From: an uncultured Syntrophobacterales bacterium
GTDB lineage: Bacteria > Desulfobacterota > Binatia > UBA9968 > JAJDTQ01
DNA length: 32,000 nucleotides
Direction of reading: 5' to 3'
Assembly: GCA_964519455.1 (NCBI GenBank)
Contig: CAZFIU010000023.1
Span: 31,446 to 63,445 of the forward strand
Shown: one piece after another, positions 18,121 to 26,073 of the stretch
Layout of the letters: every line of letters begins with the position of its first letter
Position numbering within the stretch: position 1 is the first letter of the stretch
Made by a program: the position numbers and the translations under genes
The notes under the pieces: generated by a model
Seen by the model: only the letters and a program-made list of their open reading frames with translations
Databases searched by the model: none
Told to the model about the DNA's origin: nothing

Positions 18121-18675
18121 TTGAATGCGGACAAGCCGATGGACGTCTGGAGTTTCTTGGTCGCCGCCTTCTGCCTCAGCCTGGAGCGCATCTGTTACGC
18201 TTTCGTGTGGCGCTTCCCCGAGGCCTTCTGCAGGATGTGCGCTTTGCCATGGATGCGTTTCCTCGGAGAGCCCATCGACGTCCTGCGAAAGCTCTTCCTG
18301 GGCTTCAAGGCCATCCAGATCAGCGTGTTCCTCGGCTGGTGCTATCTCTACGGAGAAGGCTCCCTGAGCCCCTTGAACGAAAGTGTCTTGTGGCTGAGCG
18401 TCGGCACCGCGCTGGTGATCGCGGGCCAGGTGCTCAACCTGAGCGTGTTCCTGCGCCTGGGCCAGGTGGGCGTCTTCTACGGTGCCAAGTTCGGTTACGA
18501 TGTCCCCTGGTGCCGGTCCTTCCCCTTCTCGATCCTCCGCCACCCTCAATATGTCGGTACGGTCCTGTCCATCTGGGGCTTCTTCCTCGCCATGCGTTTT
18601 CCCCACGACGACTGGTACATCCTGCCCGCGCTGGAAACGTTCTACTACATCGCCGGCTCTCAACTGGAGCAATAG
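18121..18675 (+). CDS. Small integral membrane methyltransferase-like protein (phospholipid / isoprenylcysteine methyltransferase fold, PEMT/ICMT-like)
   Basis: 184 aa, multi-TM; SILRHPQYVGTVLSIWGFF matches the RHPxYxGxxxxxxG motif; C-terminal ETFYYIAGSQLEQ resembles the PEMT glutamate region. The ORF-track ATG is retained. Confidence 0.6.
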   Translation: MNADKPMDVWSFLVAAFCLSLERICYAFVWRFPEAFCRMCALPWMRFLGEPIDVLRKLFLGFKAIQISVFLGWCYLYGEGSLSPLNESVLWLSVGTALVIAGQVLNLSVFLRLGQVGVFYGAKFGYDVPWCRSFPFSILRHPQYVGTVLSIWGFFLAMRFPHDDWYILPALETFYYIAGSQLEQ

Positions 18676-18744
18676 GCTCATTCCCGCGAAACAAGCTGTG
18701 TCAAGACCCCAAACGAACACGGAATGGCACGGCCACCCCGAACC

Positions 18745-18843
18745 GTCATTCCCGCGAAAGCGGGAATCCAGGGGTGGGGGGGGTGTGGCGACCTCATTGC
18801 CCGGCCTCACCCCGCCTGGATTCCCGCTTCCGCGGGAATGACT
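18745..18843. repeat. Pair of oppositely oriented REP-like palindromes
   Basis: ATTCCCGC-GAAA-GCGGGAATCCAGG (18748-18772) and CCTGGATTCCCGC-TTCC-GCGGGAAT (18813-18837). Confidence 0.85.
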
Positions 18844-19936
18844 CATTGGGGTGTAGCGGAATGACATCGCCTGGGAAGCGGGAATCCAGGTGGGGCGGAG
18901 GCGGGGGAAGGGGACGCACGGCCTTCTGCCAGAAGCCCGGCGCAACGGGCTCCAACAGCGACACGAACCGCCGGGTCCACTCCAGCCAAGTGTGCTGCCG
19001 TGCGTAGGCCACACAGTCGGCGGGATCGACCTCCAATGCGCCGAGAACGGCTGCGCGAAGGTCCGGGTGCAGGACGCCGGTGATGCCGTTCCGCACCACG
19101 TCCAACGGTCCGGTGGCCGGAAACGCCGCCACCGGAACGCCGCAGGCCATGGCCTCCAGCATGACGAGTCCGAAGGTGTCCGTCAGGCTCGGGAAGACGA
19201 ACACGTCGGCGGCGGCCACGTGCGCCGCCAACTCCTCGCCCAGTTTCTGCCCGACGAACCGGACGTCCGGGTAACGCGAGCGCAGGCTCCGCAGATCCGG
19301 GCCGTCCCCCACGACGTACTTGGTGCCGGGAAGGTCCAGATCCAGAAATGCCTCGATGTTCTTCTCCACCGCCACGCGCCCCATGTACATGGCCAGCGGC
19401 CGCGCGCCCGGCAGATAGGACTTGGGTCCCGGCTTGAAAAGGTCCGTGTCCACGCCTCGGGCCCAGATGGCGAGGTTGTCGAAGCCGTTGCGACGCAAAT
19501 GCTCGGCCAGGGAGCGGGTCGCCACCAAGGTTCGCGTAGCGGCACCGTGGTACCGCCGCAGGTAGCGGTAGGACCAGCTCGCCGGAATCGGCGCGCGCGC
19601 GCGGATGTATTCGGGGAAGAGGGTGTGGAAACACGTGGTGAAGGGAATGCCGAGGCGGCAGCAATAGGAGCGCGCCGCGTGTCCGATGGGTCCTTCGGTG
19701 GAAATGTGCACGGCCTCGGGCTTGAATTCCCGCAGGATGCGCCGGACCCCGCGGCCGGGAAAGAGAGCCAGGCGAATGGACCGGTAGGTAGGGCAGGAGA
19801 CGGTGGCGAAATCCAGCGGCGTCACGAAGCGCGTTTCGTGCCCGAGTTTTTCCAGGTGCGCGCGCGTCTGCTGCAACGTGCGTACTACGCCGTTGACCTG
19901 CGGTTCCCAAGCATCGGTGACGACCGCGATTCTCAT
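18794..19936 (-). CDS. GT4-family glycosyltransferase, Agt-like (diacylglycerol glycosyltransferase type); C-terminal tail derived from repeat sequence
   Basis: MRIAVVTDAWEPQVNGVVRTLQQTRAHLEKLGHE..ISTEGPIGHAARSYC..PFTTCFHTLFPEYIRAR..ARGVDTDLFKP..YMGRVAVEKNIEAFL..PSLTDTFGLVMLEAMACGVPVAAFPATGP. Confidence 0.88.
   Translation of the reverse strand: MRIAVVTDAWEPQVNGVVRTLQQTRAHLEKLGHETRFVTPLDFATVSCPTYRSIRLALFPGRGVRRILREFKPEAVHISTEGPIGHAARSYCCRLGIPFTTCFHTLFPEYIRARAPIPASWSYRYLRRYHGAATRTLVATRSLAEHLRRNGFDNLAIWARGVDTDLFKPGPKSYLPGARPLAMYMGRVAVEKNIEAFLDLDLPGTKYVVGDGPDLRSLRSRYPDVRFVGQKLGEELAAHVAAADVFVFPSLTDTFGLVMLEAMACGVPVAAFPATGPLDVVRNGITGVLHPDLRAAVLGALEVDPADCVAYARQHTWLEWTRRFVSLLEPVAPGFWQKAVRPLPPPPPHLDSRFPGDVIPLHPNESFPRKRESRRGEAGQ
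18875..18895. repeat. Partial REP-like unit
   Basis: AAGCGGGAATCCAGGTGGGG, half of the ATTCCCGC..GCGGGAATCCAGG unit. Confidence 0.7.
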
Positions 19937-20164
19937 GAATGAATCAATCTTCGCACGCGATCGTTAAGAACCGGTAAAGGCGGCGTCAAGCTCTGATCAC
20001 GATGGCCCGCGCCGGTGTCACCTCCGAATGCCTCAAGGATACGGTAACGGTACCGTCTCCGGTTGATCCATGGTTCTTTGCCCGGCCGGCTGCTCGTTGC
20101 CGCCGGCAGTGCCACTGTAGTAGGGTGACCGGCAAGGGTATTCGAAGATTCCGGAAAGGGACCG

Positions 20165-21265
20165 ATGCACAACGGTAGAGAGCCTTTCTGGCGCAAGGAT
20201 GTGCCGCACGGCCTCGAGTTCGGGCTCAGAAACTACTGGTATCCGCTCGTGCTTTCGAGTGAAGTGCCGGCGGACCGGCCGCTGCCGGTCACCGCTCTGT
20301 GCGAAGACCTCGTCCTGTGGCGCGATACCACGGGCAACCCGCATGTATTCGTCGATTCCTGCCCCCATCGCGCGGTGAAGCTTTCCGCGGGCCGTATCCT
20401 TGGCGATCGTATCCAATGCGCGTATCACGGGCTGGAGTTCGATGCCGAGGGTCGTTGCGTATGGATCCCCTGGGAAGGGGACGCGCCGGAAAAGTGCGCG
20501 GTGGTTTGCGCCCACACCTATCCGGCCGCGGAGTTGGGCGGATTCGTGTGGGCGTACATCGGGGACGTGGAGCGATTCCCACCGCCGCCCCTGGAACGGG
20601 TCGCGCCGCCGGAAATGCTCCAGGACGGCTTCGTCTGCTACGGCCGCCGGGGCACGTGGGAGACGAACTGGCTGCTGGCCTGGGACGGTACTTTCGACCC
20701 GCAGCACAACGCCTTCCTGCATGCCGGAGGCGTTACGGTACAGAAGCTGGGCGGCCGCGCCGGAGGCATCTACCGCATGGCGGTGCGCCCCATGACGAAC
20801 GGATTGAAGCTTCAACGGCTGAACGTGGGAGGTGGCATGGAACGGGAGCTGGACGGCGGCTGGATGTTGCCCGGCATGGCAACGTTGGTGGCCATATACC
20901 CCGACGGGCCGGTGGTGACGCGTTCGTGGCGTTATCCCGAGGACGAGAATACCACCCACGCGGTCCGCTGCTCCGCGCGCAGGGTGGAGACGGTCGAGGA
21001 GCGCCGGGCGTGGGAGCGGCTGTATCACACGCGTATTCTTCCGGACTCCGAGAAGGTCAACGAGCAGGACAAGGCCATACTGGTGACGCAGCGGGGCCTC
21101 CATCGAGCGAGGTCGAACGAGCAGTTGCTGAACAGCGACGTGGGCATCGTCCGCCTCAGGGCCCTGTTGCGGGACACCTTTCTGGCGCAACGGGAAGGCC
21201 GTCGGCTTGAGCCGGATCCGTGGTGTCCCGTGCTCACCGAGCCTTGGAAGAAGGGCATCCCTTGA
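20165..21265 (+). CDS. Rieske non-heme iron oxygenase (VanA/phthalate-dioxygenase-type)
   Basis: Rieske CPHRAVKLSAGRILGDRIQCAYHGLEFD; catalytic NWLLAWDGTFDPQHNAFLH (D-x2-H-x4-H); 366 aa. Confidence 0.9.
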   Translation: MHNGREPFWRKDVPHGLEFGLRNYWYPLVLSSEVPADRPLPVTALCEDLVLWRDTTGNPHVFVDSCPHRAVKLSAGRILGDRIQCAYHGLEFDAEGRCVWIPWEGDAPEKCAVVCAHTYPAAELGGFVWAYIGDVERFPPPPLERVAPPEMLQDGFVCYGRRGTWETNWLLAWDGTFDPQHNAFLHAGGVTVQKLGGRAGGIYRMAVRPMTNGLKLQRLNVGGGMERELDGGWMLPGMATLVAIYPDGPVVTRSWRYPEDENTTHAVRCSARRVETVEERRAWERLYHTRILPDSEKVNEQDKAILVTQRGLHRARSNEQLLNSDVGIVRLRALLRDTFLAQREGRRLEPDPWCPVLTEPWKKGIP

Positions 21266-21310
21266 ACCAGCGGTCCGACAATGGCCGCCGGGCGGAACGG
21301 AGGTATCAAG

Positions 21311-22351
21311 ATGACGGCACGTGTCTTTTCGGTGGTGGGTTCAGCGTTTGCGTTGATGCTGGTGCTGGGAATGGGGTCCGCCGTCCATGGCGAGGAGTTC
21401 TACAAGGACAAGTTCATCACGTTCATCGTGGGCTACTCTCCCGGCGGGTCCTTTGACGCGTACACCCGGCTCCTGGCGCGGCACATGCCGGCGCACATTC
21501 CCGGGGCTCCCAAGGCGGTGGTGAAGAACATGACCGGAGCCGGCGGGCTCATTTCCGCGAACTACATGTTCAACCAGGCGCCGCGGGACGGAACCGCCGT
21601 GGGCGGTTGGGGTGGCGCGCTGGTGCTGCAGAACGTGTTGGGGCGGAAGGAGACCAAGTTCGACGGCCGGAAGTTCGGTTGGTTGGGCACTCCCGCCCCT
21701 TACAACACCGTGTGTTCCTTCAACAGCAAAAGCGGCATCAAGAGCGTGGAGGATTGGTTCGCGGCCAAGAAGCCCGTGACCATCGCCGGATTCGCGCCCG
21801 GCTCGACCCCGTCCGACGTACCCAAGCTGGTGAACGCGGCTCTGGGACTGCCCTTGCGGGTCATCGAAGGGTACCGCGGAGGCGCCAAGGCCAGGCTGGC
21901 GGTGGAGATGGGAGAGGTCGACGGGTACTGCGGCTCTTACCAGACCATCAAGGCCATCTGGCGGGAGCCGTTCGAGACGGGCAAGATCCGCGCCGTGATC
22001 CAGACGACCCTTGAATCCCATCCGGAGCTCAAGCACGTTCCTTTGGCCAAGGACTACGCCAAGACCGACGAGGCGCGTCTTCTGGTGAAGGTGCTGGACT
22101 ATGCCTACAGCGCGCCGTTCAAGTATTCGGTGCCGCCGGACGTGCCGAAGGAGCGGCTGCGGATTCTCCAGCGGGCTTTCGTGAAGGCTTTGGAGGACCC
22201 GGCGCTGCTCGCCACGGCCAAACGGTCCAAGACGGAAGTCGCGGCGGTGGACGGTCCCACCACCGCCGGAATCATCGCGGAGCTCTACGAGATGAACGAC
22301 GCCACCAAGGACAAGCTGCGAAAGATCCTCCTGCCCAAGAGCGGGAACTAG
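21311..22351 (+). CDS. Tripartite tricarboxylate transporter-type substrate-binding protein (Bug/TctC family)
   Basis: Signal peptide; FIVGYSPGGSFDAYTRLLARHMPAHIPGAPKAVVKNMTGAGGLISANYMFNQAP. Start at ATG 21311. Confidence 0.88.
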   Translation: MTARVFSVVGSAFALMLVLGMGSAVHGEEFYKDKFITFIVGYSPGGSFDAYTRLLARHMPAHIPGAPKAVVKNMTGAGGLISANYMFNQAPRDGTAVGGWGGALVLQNVLGRKETKFDGRKFGWLGTPAPYNTVCSFNSKSGIKSVEDWFAAKKPVTIAGFAPGSTPSDVPKLVNAALGLPLRVIEGYRGGAKARLAVEMGEVDGYCGSYQTIKAIWREPFETGKIRAVIQTTLESHPELKHVPLAKDYAKTDEARLLVKVLDYAYSAPFKYSVPPDVPKERLRILQRAFVKALEDPALLATAKRSKTEVAAVDGPTTAGIIAELYEMNDATKDKLRKILLPKSGN

Positions 22352-22357
22352 CCGCCG

Positions 22358-23095
22358 TCAGCCTTCCGGCGCCAGGCAGGCGTTGAGGATGCCGCCGTGG
22401 AGGTCCACGGCGGTGCGCCCGCAGTAGTCGAGGTCGTAGCCGGCGCGCACCTCGATGCCGTCTTCCAGCAGGCGTTGCAGCACCAGGCGGCGGAAGCTGC
22501 CGTGGCCCATGACGCCGTCCTCGTGCTCCTTGAGGTCGGCTTCCTCGTGGGTGGAGAAGTAGACGGCCTGCTCTGGGGTGAGGCCGTAGTGGGTGGTGAG
22601 GGCCTTGAAGCAGTCCGCCGACCAGTAGCCGGTCTGCTCCTCGGTGGCTCCGGCGGCGTAGAACTCGGCCACGGAGCCTTCCCAGAGGATCGCGCGCTTG
22701 AAGTCGATCTTGGCGCGGAACTCGGCCAACATGGGCTCCAGGTAAACCTCGTCCTCCTCGATCCCCAGGGCCTTGGCCGTCTCCAGCACGACGTGGATGT
22801 GTCCGGGCGGTTCCGGATGCAGCAGCTCATCCGCGAGCTTGCGGGCCATGGGTGCCATGAGGTCGCGGTTGCGACGGAAGAAGGCGATGTGCCTGTGATA
22901 GGACGCCGCCTCCACCGTGTTGATCTCGATGGTGTACGAAGCCCAGTTCTTGAAGAACGTCCGCAGCGCGGTGCGCGGCAGGCTACCTTCCATGAGCTGA
23001 ATCATGAAGGGCGAGCCGGTCACCCGCTCGCGCCACCGTTGCGCCACCTTGCGATAGTGTTCGTCCACACGGCCCTGGGCCTCTTGTGAGCTCAT
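22358..23095 (-). CDS. Heme-oxygenase-like fold protein (TenA/PqqC/CADD-like, 'iron-containing redox enzyme' type)
   Basis: All-helical 245 aa; RTFFKNWASYTIEINTVEAASYHRHIAF, ARKLADELLHPEPPGHIHVVLETAKALGI, HYGLTPEQAVYFSTHEEADLKEHED. Start at MSSQEAQ (23095). Confidence 0.65.
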   Translation of the reverse strand: MSSQEAQGRVDEHYRKVAQRWRERVTGSPFMIQLMEGSLPRTALRTFFKNWASYTIEINTVEAASYHRHIAFFRRNRDLMAPMARKLADELLHPEPPGHIHVVLETAKALGIEEDEVYLEPMLAEFRAKIDFKRAILWEGSVAEFYAAGATEEQTGYWSADCFKALTTHYGLTPEQAVYFSTHEEADLKEHEDGVMGHGSFRRLVLQRLLEDGIEVRAGYDLDYCGRTAVDLHGGILNACLAPEG

Positions 23096-23228
23096 CCCGG
23101 GAATGATCATATCGTTCGAAGTCCCTTCCGGCTTGGGGGTTCAACCGATTGCTATGCGTTGTTGCCCGGACTTGATTTGTACTATACAGCACGGAGACCG
23201 AGAGGCCGTCAACATGGAGGAGAAGCTC

Positions 23229-24263
23229 ATGTACAAGCGTTTCAGGATACCCATGGTGTTCGTGTTGGGTTTGGCTTTTGTTGCGGCTCTGGCCGGCCCG
23301 GCGGCCGCCCAGGAGTCCTTCGCGGGGAAGACGGTCAAGCTGGTGGTGGCCTACTCGCCGGGCGGCTCTTTCGACTTGTACACCCGGCTGATCGCCCGTC
23401 ACATCGGCAAGCACCTGCCGGGCAATCCGGCGACGCTCGTGCAGAACATGACCGGCGCCGCCGGCATGATCGCGGCCAACTACATCTACAACACGGCCAA
23501 GCCCGACGGCCTCACCATCGGTGCCTTCGCCGGCCCGCTGGTGCTCCAGCACGTCATGGGCAACAACGCGGCGAAGTTCGACGGCCGGAAGTTCGGTTGG
23601 CTGGGCGTGCCGGCCCCCAACCACAGCGTCTGCAGCTTCAACCAGAAGAGCGGCATCAAGAGCATGGACGACTGGTTCGGCTCAAAGCGGGAGATGTTCA
23701 TTTCAGCCATCGGGCCGGGCACCAGCACCTCGGACATCCCCAAGCTCATGAAGGCGGCGCTCGGGCTCCCCACCAAAGTCGTCGACGGGTACCGGGGCGG
23801 CGCCAGGGCGCGGGTGGCGGTGGAGGCCGGGGAAGCGGACGGGTACTGCGGCTCGCTGCACACGGTGAAGTCCATCTGGCGGGAAGCCTTCGAGGCCGGC
23901 AGGGTCAATATGGTCGTCCAGAACACCCTCAACGTGCATCCGGACATCAAGGAGGTCCCGCGGGCCATCGACTACGCCAAGACCGCGGATGCACGCAAGC
24001 TCCTGGAGGTGGCGGACTACGCGCACCGCGGCCAGTTCCCCTATTCCACGCCGCCCAACATGCCGGAAGCGCGGCTCAAACTGATGCAGAAGGCGTTTAT
24101 CGACGCCCTCAACGATCCCGCGCTGCGGGCGGAGGCCAAGAAGCTGCGTCTGGCGGTGGACCCCATCGACGGCGCCGCTACCTTGAGTAGCGTCAACAAG
24201 CTCTACGGTCTGGAGTCGGGGCTCGTGGAAAGGTTGAAGGGAATCGTTCTTCCGAAGAAATGA
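23229..24263 (+). CDS. Tripartite tricarboxylate transporter-type substrate-binding protein (Bug/TctC family), paralogue of 21311-22351
   Basis: MYKRFRIPMVFVLGLAFVAALAGPAAAQ signal peptide; VVAYSPGGSFDLYTRLIARHIGKHLPGNPATLVQNMTGAAGMIAANYIYN; GGAGGAG before the ATG at 23229. Confidence 0.9.
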   Translation: MYKRFRIPMVFVLGLAFVAALAGPAAAQESFAGKTVKLVVAYSPGGSFDLYTRLIARHIGKHLPGNPATLVQNMTGAAGMIAANYIYNTAKPDGLTIGAFAGPLVLQHVMGNNAAKFDGRKFGWLGVPAPNHSVCSFNQKSGIKSMDDWFGSKREMFISAIGPGTSTSDIPKLMKAALGLPTKVVDGYRGGARARVAVEAGEADGYCGSLHTVKSIWREAFEAGRVNMVVQNTLNVHPDIKEVPRAIDYAKTADARKLLEVADYAHRGQFPYSTPPNMPEARLKLMQKAFIDALNDPALRAEAKKLRLAVDPIDGAATLSSVNKLYGLESGLVERLKGIVLPKK

Positions 24264-24341
24264 CACGCCGCGTCTCGCCCGGTACGCTGGCCCGAGCACG
24301 TTGCCGCGCCGCCGAGGGGCTGTGGACGGCGTGCCCCGGCG

Positions 24342-24800
24342 CTACCGGGTGGGCAGCACCAGGGTGCACCGGCCGGTGAGGATCTGCCGGCCCTCCTGGT
24401 TGCTGCCCTCCAACTCGCACGCGACCCACGGGTCGGCGGGATCATCGCTCTTCTCGACGGCCCGCGCGGCGAACCGCATGGTGTCGCCCTCGAAGGTCGA
24501 GTCGGTGTGCCGGATGCCGAGCTTCCGCAGCCGGCCGCGGGGTCCCAGCCAATCGGTCAGCATGCGCATCAGCAGGGCCTGCCGGTAGGCGCCGCTGGCG
24601 ATGAAGGTGCGCAGGCCCGCGTGTTCGCGCACCCAGTCGCGGTCGTAGTGGAGCTGCTGCGTGTTCTCCTGCAGGCCGGCCCAGCGCACGGTGTCGATGA
24701 TGGTGAGGGGGCCGTACTCGCGGGCCACCAGTTCCGTGCCGGGCTGGACATCCTCGAAGAATCGTTGCTCGGTAGTCGTTGTGCTGTCGTCGGGCATCAC
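24342..24800 (-). CDS. MaoC-like hydratase/dehydratase domain protein
   Basis: FEDVQPGTEL, RWAGLQENTQQLHYDRDWVREHAGLRTFIASGAYRQALLMRMLTDWLGPRGRLRKLGIRHTDSTFEGDT hot-dog-fold pattern. Confidence 0.75.
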   Translation of the reverse strand: MMPDDSTTTTEQRFFEDVQPGTELVAREYGPLTIIDTVRWAGLQENTQQLHYDRDWVREHAGLRTFIASGAYRQALLMRMLTDWLGPRGRLRKLGIRHTDSTFEGDTMRFAARAVEKSDDPADPWVACELEGSNQEGRQILTGRCTLVLPTR

Positions 24801-25969
24801 GGTTCAGCCGTCCCCCCATCGCCCTCATCGCCTCCGATGGCGCCGGTCTCCGCCAGTCTCCGGCGATCCGCGCGTGAGTAGCCCATCTCTGCCAGTATTT
24901 CGGCGTTGTGTTGGCCCAGGGTGGGCGCCGTCCCCATGTCCTGTTCGCGCACCCGCGCGACGGCGCCACGCGGAAACGGGATGCGCCCGAAACGGGGGTC
25001 CTCCGCCTCGGTGAGGTAGCCGCGTGCCATGAGTTGCGGGTCCCGGGCCAGGTCCAGCGGCGTCGACACGGGCGACGACGGAAACCGGCGGCGCTGTCCC
25101 TCCTCGACGATCTCCGACTTGGTGAACTGTTTCGACCAGGCCAGCACCCGGTCCATGATGAAGTCCTTGTTCTCCCGCTGCGCGTCGTCCGACGCCAGCG
25201 AGGGGTCCGCCATGAGCTCGGGGTCCTGGACCCATTCCACGAATTTCTCCCAGCGGCCGGGCCGGTTGATCTGGCTCACCACCCAGTGGCCGTCCTTGCA
25301 CGGCAGCGCCCCGGAAACGGCAGTGATGGTGCCGCGGTTGCCGCGCCGCTCGGTGCGCGTCCCCGAGAACGTGTACTCCACCATGGCCTGCTCGACGAAG
25401 GTCTCCAGGCAGTCCTGCATGGAGACGCGCACGTGCTGGTCCTGGCCAGTGCGCTGGAGCACGTGGAGCGCTGCGGCCGTGGCCACGGCCGCTTGAATCC
25501 CGGTGGCCAGATAGATGATGTGCCCCCCCATGAGCATGGGCCGGCCGTCCCGGTGCCCGGTGAGCGCAAGCAGTCCGGAGCGGGCGTAGGCGCACAACTC
25601 GTCCTCTAGCTCCTCGACATCGGTCCACACGAGGTTCGCCCTCGGCGGGGGGACCTGGTCCATGGGCAGCCGGCGACTCGTCACCACGGCATCGGCCGTC
25701 TGCACCAGTTCCAGGAACACGCGCCAGCCGGCGGCGGAGTCGAGGTTGAGTGAGAAGCTCCGCTTGCCGGCGTTCAGGAAACGGTGGAAGGCGCCGTGCT
25801 CCAGGCCGGACGCATCCTCCAAGCGCGAGGCATCCCCCAGGAACGGGCCGGTGCGGCGCACCGCGTCGCCGTCGGGGGGATCGATGCGGATGACGTCGTG
25901 GCCGGACTCCGCGAGCAACCGCGCGGCATAGGCGCCGGCCATTGCCCCGAGATCGAGCACTCTCCCCAT
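24797..25969 (-). CDS. CaiB/BaiF family (family III) CoA-transferase
   Basis: VLDLGAMAGAYAARLLAESGHDVIRIDPPDGDAVRRTGPF...NAGKRSFSLNLDSAAG...GGHIIYLATG; overlaps the MaoC-like gene start. Confidence 0.88.
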   Translation of the reverse strand: MGRVLDLGAMAGAYAARLLAESGHDVIRIDPPDGDAVRRTGPFLGDASRLEDASGLEHGAFHRFLNAGKRSFSLNLDSAAGWRVFLELVQTADAVVTSRRLPMDQVPPPRANLVWTDVEELEDELCAYARSGLLALTGHRDGRPMLMGGHIIYLATGIQAAVATAAALHVLQRTGQDQHVRVSMQDCLETFVEQAMVEYTFSGTRTERRGNRGTITAVSGALPCKDGHWVVSQINRPGRWEKFVEWVQDPELMADPSLASDDAQRENKDFIMDRVLAWSKQFTKSEIVEEGQRRRFPSSPVSTPLDLARDPQLMARGYLTEAEDPRFGRIPFPRGAVARVREQDMGTAPTLGQHNAEILAEMGYSRADRRRLAETGAIGGDEGDGGTAEP

Positions 25970-26073
25970 GGCGTGTGAACCGCCTCCTTTCCCGTCGGTC
26001 CCGAGCCCTTCGACAAGCCCGGGACGAGCGTGGCGAAACGAAGTCCAACGAAGTCAAAGGATGACGCGCAAGC

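Noticed and set aside
18794-18905. Possible CRISPR-like array from repeated CGGGAATCCAGG units
   Set aside because: Units are few, oppositely oriented, irregularly spaced, and are self-complementary REP palindromes; no cas genes.
20040-20060. Palindrome ACGGTACCGT (20047-20056) upstream of the first Rieske gene as an operator
   Set aside because: Short and about 110 bp before the gene, with no adjacent regulator; not enough to claim a site.
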